A stretch of DNA of 63,795 nt, counting the filler, from Vezdaea acicularis (taxonomy: Eukaryota): assembly GCA_026025075.1 (NCBI GenBank). It is 3 parts of 3 records of this genome, joined end to end, with 100 filler letters (N's around TTAATTAATTAA, not from the genome) between each part and the next. Parts side by side here need not be neighbours in the genome. Positions count along the whole stretch, not along the records: positions 46,098 to 63,795 come from JAPEUI010000209.1; 2 more parts are not named here. One strand, given 5' to 3'. Position 1 is the stretch's first letter, and each line of letters starts with the position of its first letter. Below, piece after piece: positions 61,300 to 63,795 of this stretch. The position numbers were made by a program, and so were the translations under genes. The notes beneath the pieces are model-generated. The model worked only from the letters and a program-made list of their open reading frames with translations. It was not told the origin of the DNA and ran no database searches.

Positions 61300-63795
61300 T
61301 CAAATATATCCACCCCCGCCCCTCCTAGCCGCGACATCACCAGCAATATCCTCACTCACCCTCCGGCTCCACGAGCGATCACTCACACTGCGACTCCGAC
61401 TCCGACTCCGGGCACGCTCATGACTGAGCCGCGGGCTCTCCTGGCCCGGCACCAGCCCCCTTCCGCGCTCCTGCATATCGCGCCTTTCACGCTGTGCGCG
61501 TTCCAAATCAGGGCCCTCGCGCGCAGCGCCCTGGTCCACGTCCTCGAAATCGACGTTCCAGCGAACTTTGCCATCGACGCCTTCTTGCTCGCGGAAGCCG
61601 TAGCGACGGCCCATGTCGAGCACGAGGCGGTCGCGCACGCGCTCCTTGACGGTGCTCAGGTCGGCATAGTCTTCGCACAGACGGCTGCCGCAGAGATAGA
61701 GCATCACGCTCGCGAGGGTGTTTGGCGTGCGGGGCACGAGCGGTCCGCTGGGCCGCAGGTACAGGATTACGAGCGAGATGAGCATTAAGCTGAGGATCGC
61801 CATGCTGATGTATGCGGAGATGAGGAAGCCCTTGAAGAGCTGGCCGCTGGAGTAGGGGATGCCGCCGAGGACGAAGATGAGGGCCTCGGAGAGGAAGGCG
61901 ATCGAGGCGATGTAGGCGACGAAGAAGCTCTTGCGGCGCAGCGCCTGTGGGAATGTTGTTGAGGGGGTGAGCGAGCGCTCCGCCAGAATGGTGGACCGTG
62001 CGTCCGCCTGGCCGTGGTGGAGGATACGCCAGGGTTCGGCGATGCAGACCTCACGCTCGATGCGCTTCCACTGGGAGTGAATGACGATACCCATAACGGT
62101 GAAGATGAAGCGCGGGCCGAAGCTCTGGCTGTCGAGGAAGCGCTCGAAGCCAACATTAGCGCTATTCTTGTAGTACCACACGATGATGACGAGGCAGCCC
62201 GCAGTGACGAGCCCGAAGATGACGTCGCGCACGATGCGAAAGGCGTGGTGCCGGTGGCGCCAGCGCACTTGCGCCGTGACGTTATAGGGGTCGCGCGCGT
62301 CGGGGTCGTTAGCGTTCACGCGGTCATACTCGCGGTGCTCGTCACCTGGGAGTGGTGGTGCTGGGATGATCCCGTAGCGCTCGGTGCCGTCCTCCAGCTG
62401 ATAGTTTCCGAGTTTGTAGCGCTTCGTGCGGAGGGCCGCCAGGATGTCGGGTTTGAGGCTATCAGGATCGAGACGCCGGAAGTCGTTGAGTACGTCGGGG
62501 TTGTGCAGGAGGGAGGCTATGGTGGCGATGCTCGAGGGGTCGTGGTAGATCCCAGATGTGTGCCGACGCGACATCCACCAGAAGGCCAGGATACACAGGG
62601 CGACGAAGGCGAGGAGCGCTTCGAGGACGTGGGCGATGGTGTGATTCACGCGGAGCTCAGGGCCACATCCAACGTCTGTTTCGCAGAACTTCACGAAGGT
62701 GAGCAATTCAGAGGCGAAGGGGGTCAGGAGCGCCACGCTAGTGTAGAAGACCGACACCATGAGCATGAGCCAGTGCCCGCTGAACATGGCAATGAAGGGG
62801 TCAAAGGAGTCATTGGTCGCCAACCAATTGATATTGAACCAGCTTTTGGCGAGGGAGCCCTCGGGTTTGGAGAGTGAGTAGAAGGGCTCGACCATCTTCG
62901 TGGCTGCGTAGATGGCGCCGACCGAAAGCCGGAGGAGCACGGCAATCAAAGTAGGCATATACGCTCCGAAAAAGTACCATTCAGGTGTAAGATCCTTGAG
63001 TGGACGATAATCTGGATTTGCGGTCGGGTTGGTAGCTAGAGTCTTGGTCGGGGACACTGTCTCACGGGTGGCGGTCTGCAGCATCTTCTGCTCATAAGAA
63101 AAAGCATCAGTCCCGGTCAAGGTCGCTGTTGTCTTCCCGTTTGCATCCGTGAGATATTCGGTCGGGGCGAGGATGGTTGCGGTAGTATGACCCTGGCTAT
63201 CCGTCAGGAAAAGCGGACTTGTAATTGGCATGATTGTGGCTACAGTGTGCCCCTGCGAGTCCGTAAAGTAGATGGGAGTCGATGCAGGGTCAACAGTTGC
63301 TGTCGTGTGGCCTTGCTTATCTGTCAGGTACACAGGGGTTGGCACGATTGTTGCTGTGGTATGGCCTTGCCCATCTGTCAGATAAACTGGGGTAGCGCTG
63401 TTACCCTTCGGCGCTAGAGTCGCAGTGGTATGCCCTTGGGAGTCTGTGAGATATATGGGTCCGTTCGAGGGCAATAAGGTAGCTGTCGTTTGACCGGCGG
63501 CATTCGTCAGGTATGTTGGGTTTCCTGAAGGTGCTATAGTGGCAATCGTATGTCCAGCTGCATCCGTCACGTACACAGGAGTTGCCTGTGGTATGATGGT
63601 TGCGACTGTATGCCCTGCTGCGTCTGTTACGTATCCAGGAGCCACTTGAGGCAATACAGTAGCAATGGTATGGCCGGCTGCATCCGTATAATAGATAGGG
63701 CTAGCTTGTGCTCCGACTGTTGCGATCGTCTGGCCAGCAGCATTCGTAACAAAGGCAGGTCCCACCGGTGGGACGACCGTACCCACGGTGTGCCC
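61300..63795 (-). CDS. DUF3433-type multi-pass membrane protein with N-terminal Thr-rich tandem repeats; 5' end lies beyond the window
   Basis: Two DUF3433-like blocks (YMPTLIAVLL...KMVEPFYSL; F.RFLDSQSFGPRF...W..IE.EV...EPWR.L; DPSSIA..ASL; PNTLASV.LYLC.S) preceded by at least 11 repeats of about 20 aa. Confidence 0.82.
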   Translation of the reverse strand, partial: GHTVGTVVPPVGPAFVTNAAGQTIATVGAQASPIYYTDAAGHTIATVLPQVAPGYVTDAAGHTVATIIPQATPVYVTDAAGHTIATIAPSGNPTYLTNAAGQTTATLLPSNGPIYLTDSQGHTTATLAPKGNSATPVYLTDGQGHTTATIVPTPVYLTDKQGHTTATVDPASTPIYFTDSQGHTVATIMPITSPLFLTDSQGHTTATILAPTEYLTDANGKTTATLTGTDAFSYEQKMLQTATRETVSPTKTLATNPTANPDYRPLKDLTPEWYFFGAYMPTLIAVLLRLSVGAIYAATKMVEPFYSLSKPEGSLAKSWFNINWLATNDSFDPFIAMFSGHWLMLMVSVFYTSVALLTPFASELLTFVKFCETDVGCGPELRVNHTIAHVLEALLAFVALCILAFWWMSRRHTSGIYHDPSSIATIASLLHNPDVLNDFRRLDPDSLKPDILAALRTKRYKLGNYQLEDGTERYGIIPAPPLPGDEHREYDRVNANDPDARDPYNVTAQVRWRHRHHAFRIVRDVIFGLVTAGCLVIIVWYYKNSANVGFERFLDSQSFGPRFIFTVMGIVIHSQWKRIEREVCIAEPWRILHHGQADARSTILAERSLTPSTTFPQALRRKSFFVAYIASIAFLSEALIFVLGGIPYSSGQLFKGFLISAYISMAILSLMLISLVILYLRPSGPLVPRTPNTLASVMLYLCGSRLCEDYADLSTVKERVRDRLVLDMGRRYGFREQEGVDGKVRWNVDFEDVDQGAAREGPDLERAQRERRDMQERGRGLVPGQESPRLSHERARSRSRSRSVSDRSWSRRVSEDIAGDVAARRGGGGYI

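Noticed and set aside
62014..62877. 287-aa plus-strand ORF (also 4702-5352, 30025-30564, 35262-35816)
   Set aside because: Antisense shadows of real genes with biased codon usage.
1..63795. tRNA, rRNA or snRNA genes
   Set aside because: GGTTCRA hits (e.g. near 5946, 9621, 27051, 34301) lack cloverleaf context; no rRNA or snRNA signatures recognised by eye.

Overview
Eukaryotic DNA from a filamentous ascomycete (Pezizomycotina): short GT-AG introns with CTRAY branch points, and a hex-1 gene. Two artificial 100-nt N/TTAATTAATTAA spacers (23382-23481, 45998-46097) split the window into three pieces. It holds about 18 intron-containing or single-exon genes: SAM methyltransferase, TYW3, SGF11, Nat5-like GNAT, glucokinase, MIC19, Pcl5-like cyclin, a C2H2 transcription factor, an R/D/E-rich protein, HEX-1, a BTB protein, a divergent glutamate-cysteine ligase, an ALYREF/Yra1-like RRM protein, KHA1, a zinc-finger/kinase, a coiled-coil protein, DUF6590 and DUF3433. 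It also has the 5' end of a pogo/Fot1 transposase and three Tc1/impala-type MITEs. Main observations: (1) hex-1 has a spliced, AUG-free, in-frame 182-codon upstream extension that seems to need a near-cognate start, best candidate a CUG in optimal context; (2) glucokinase has a 117-codon non-AUG (ACG/GUG) extension with a transmembrane helix; (3) two inverted ~250-bp MITEs bracket a complete zinc-finger+kinase gene, like a composite transposon; (4) there are uORF arrays, AUG-free leaders and an AG|GT-containing long intron in the RRM gene. All gene models were built by hand from the sequence; no database searches were run.
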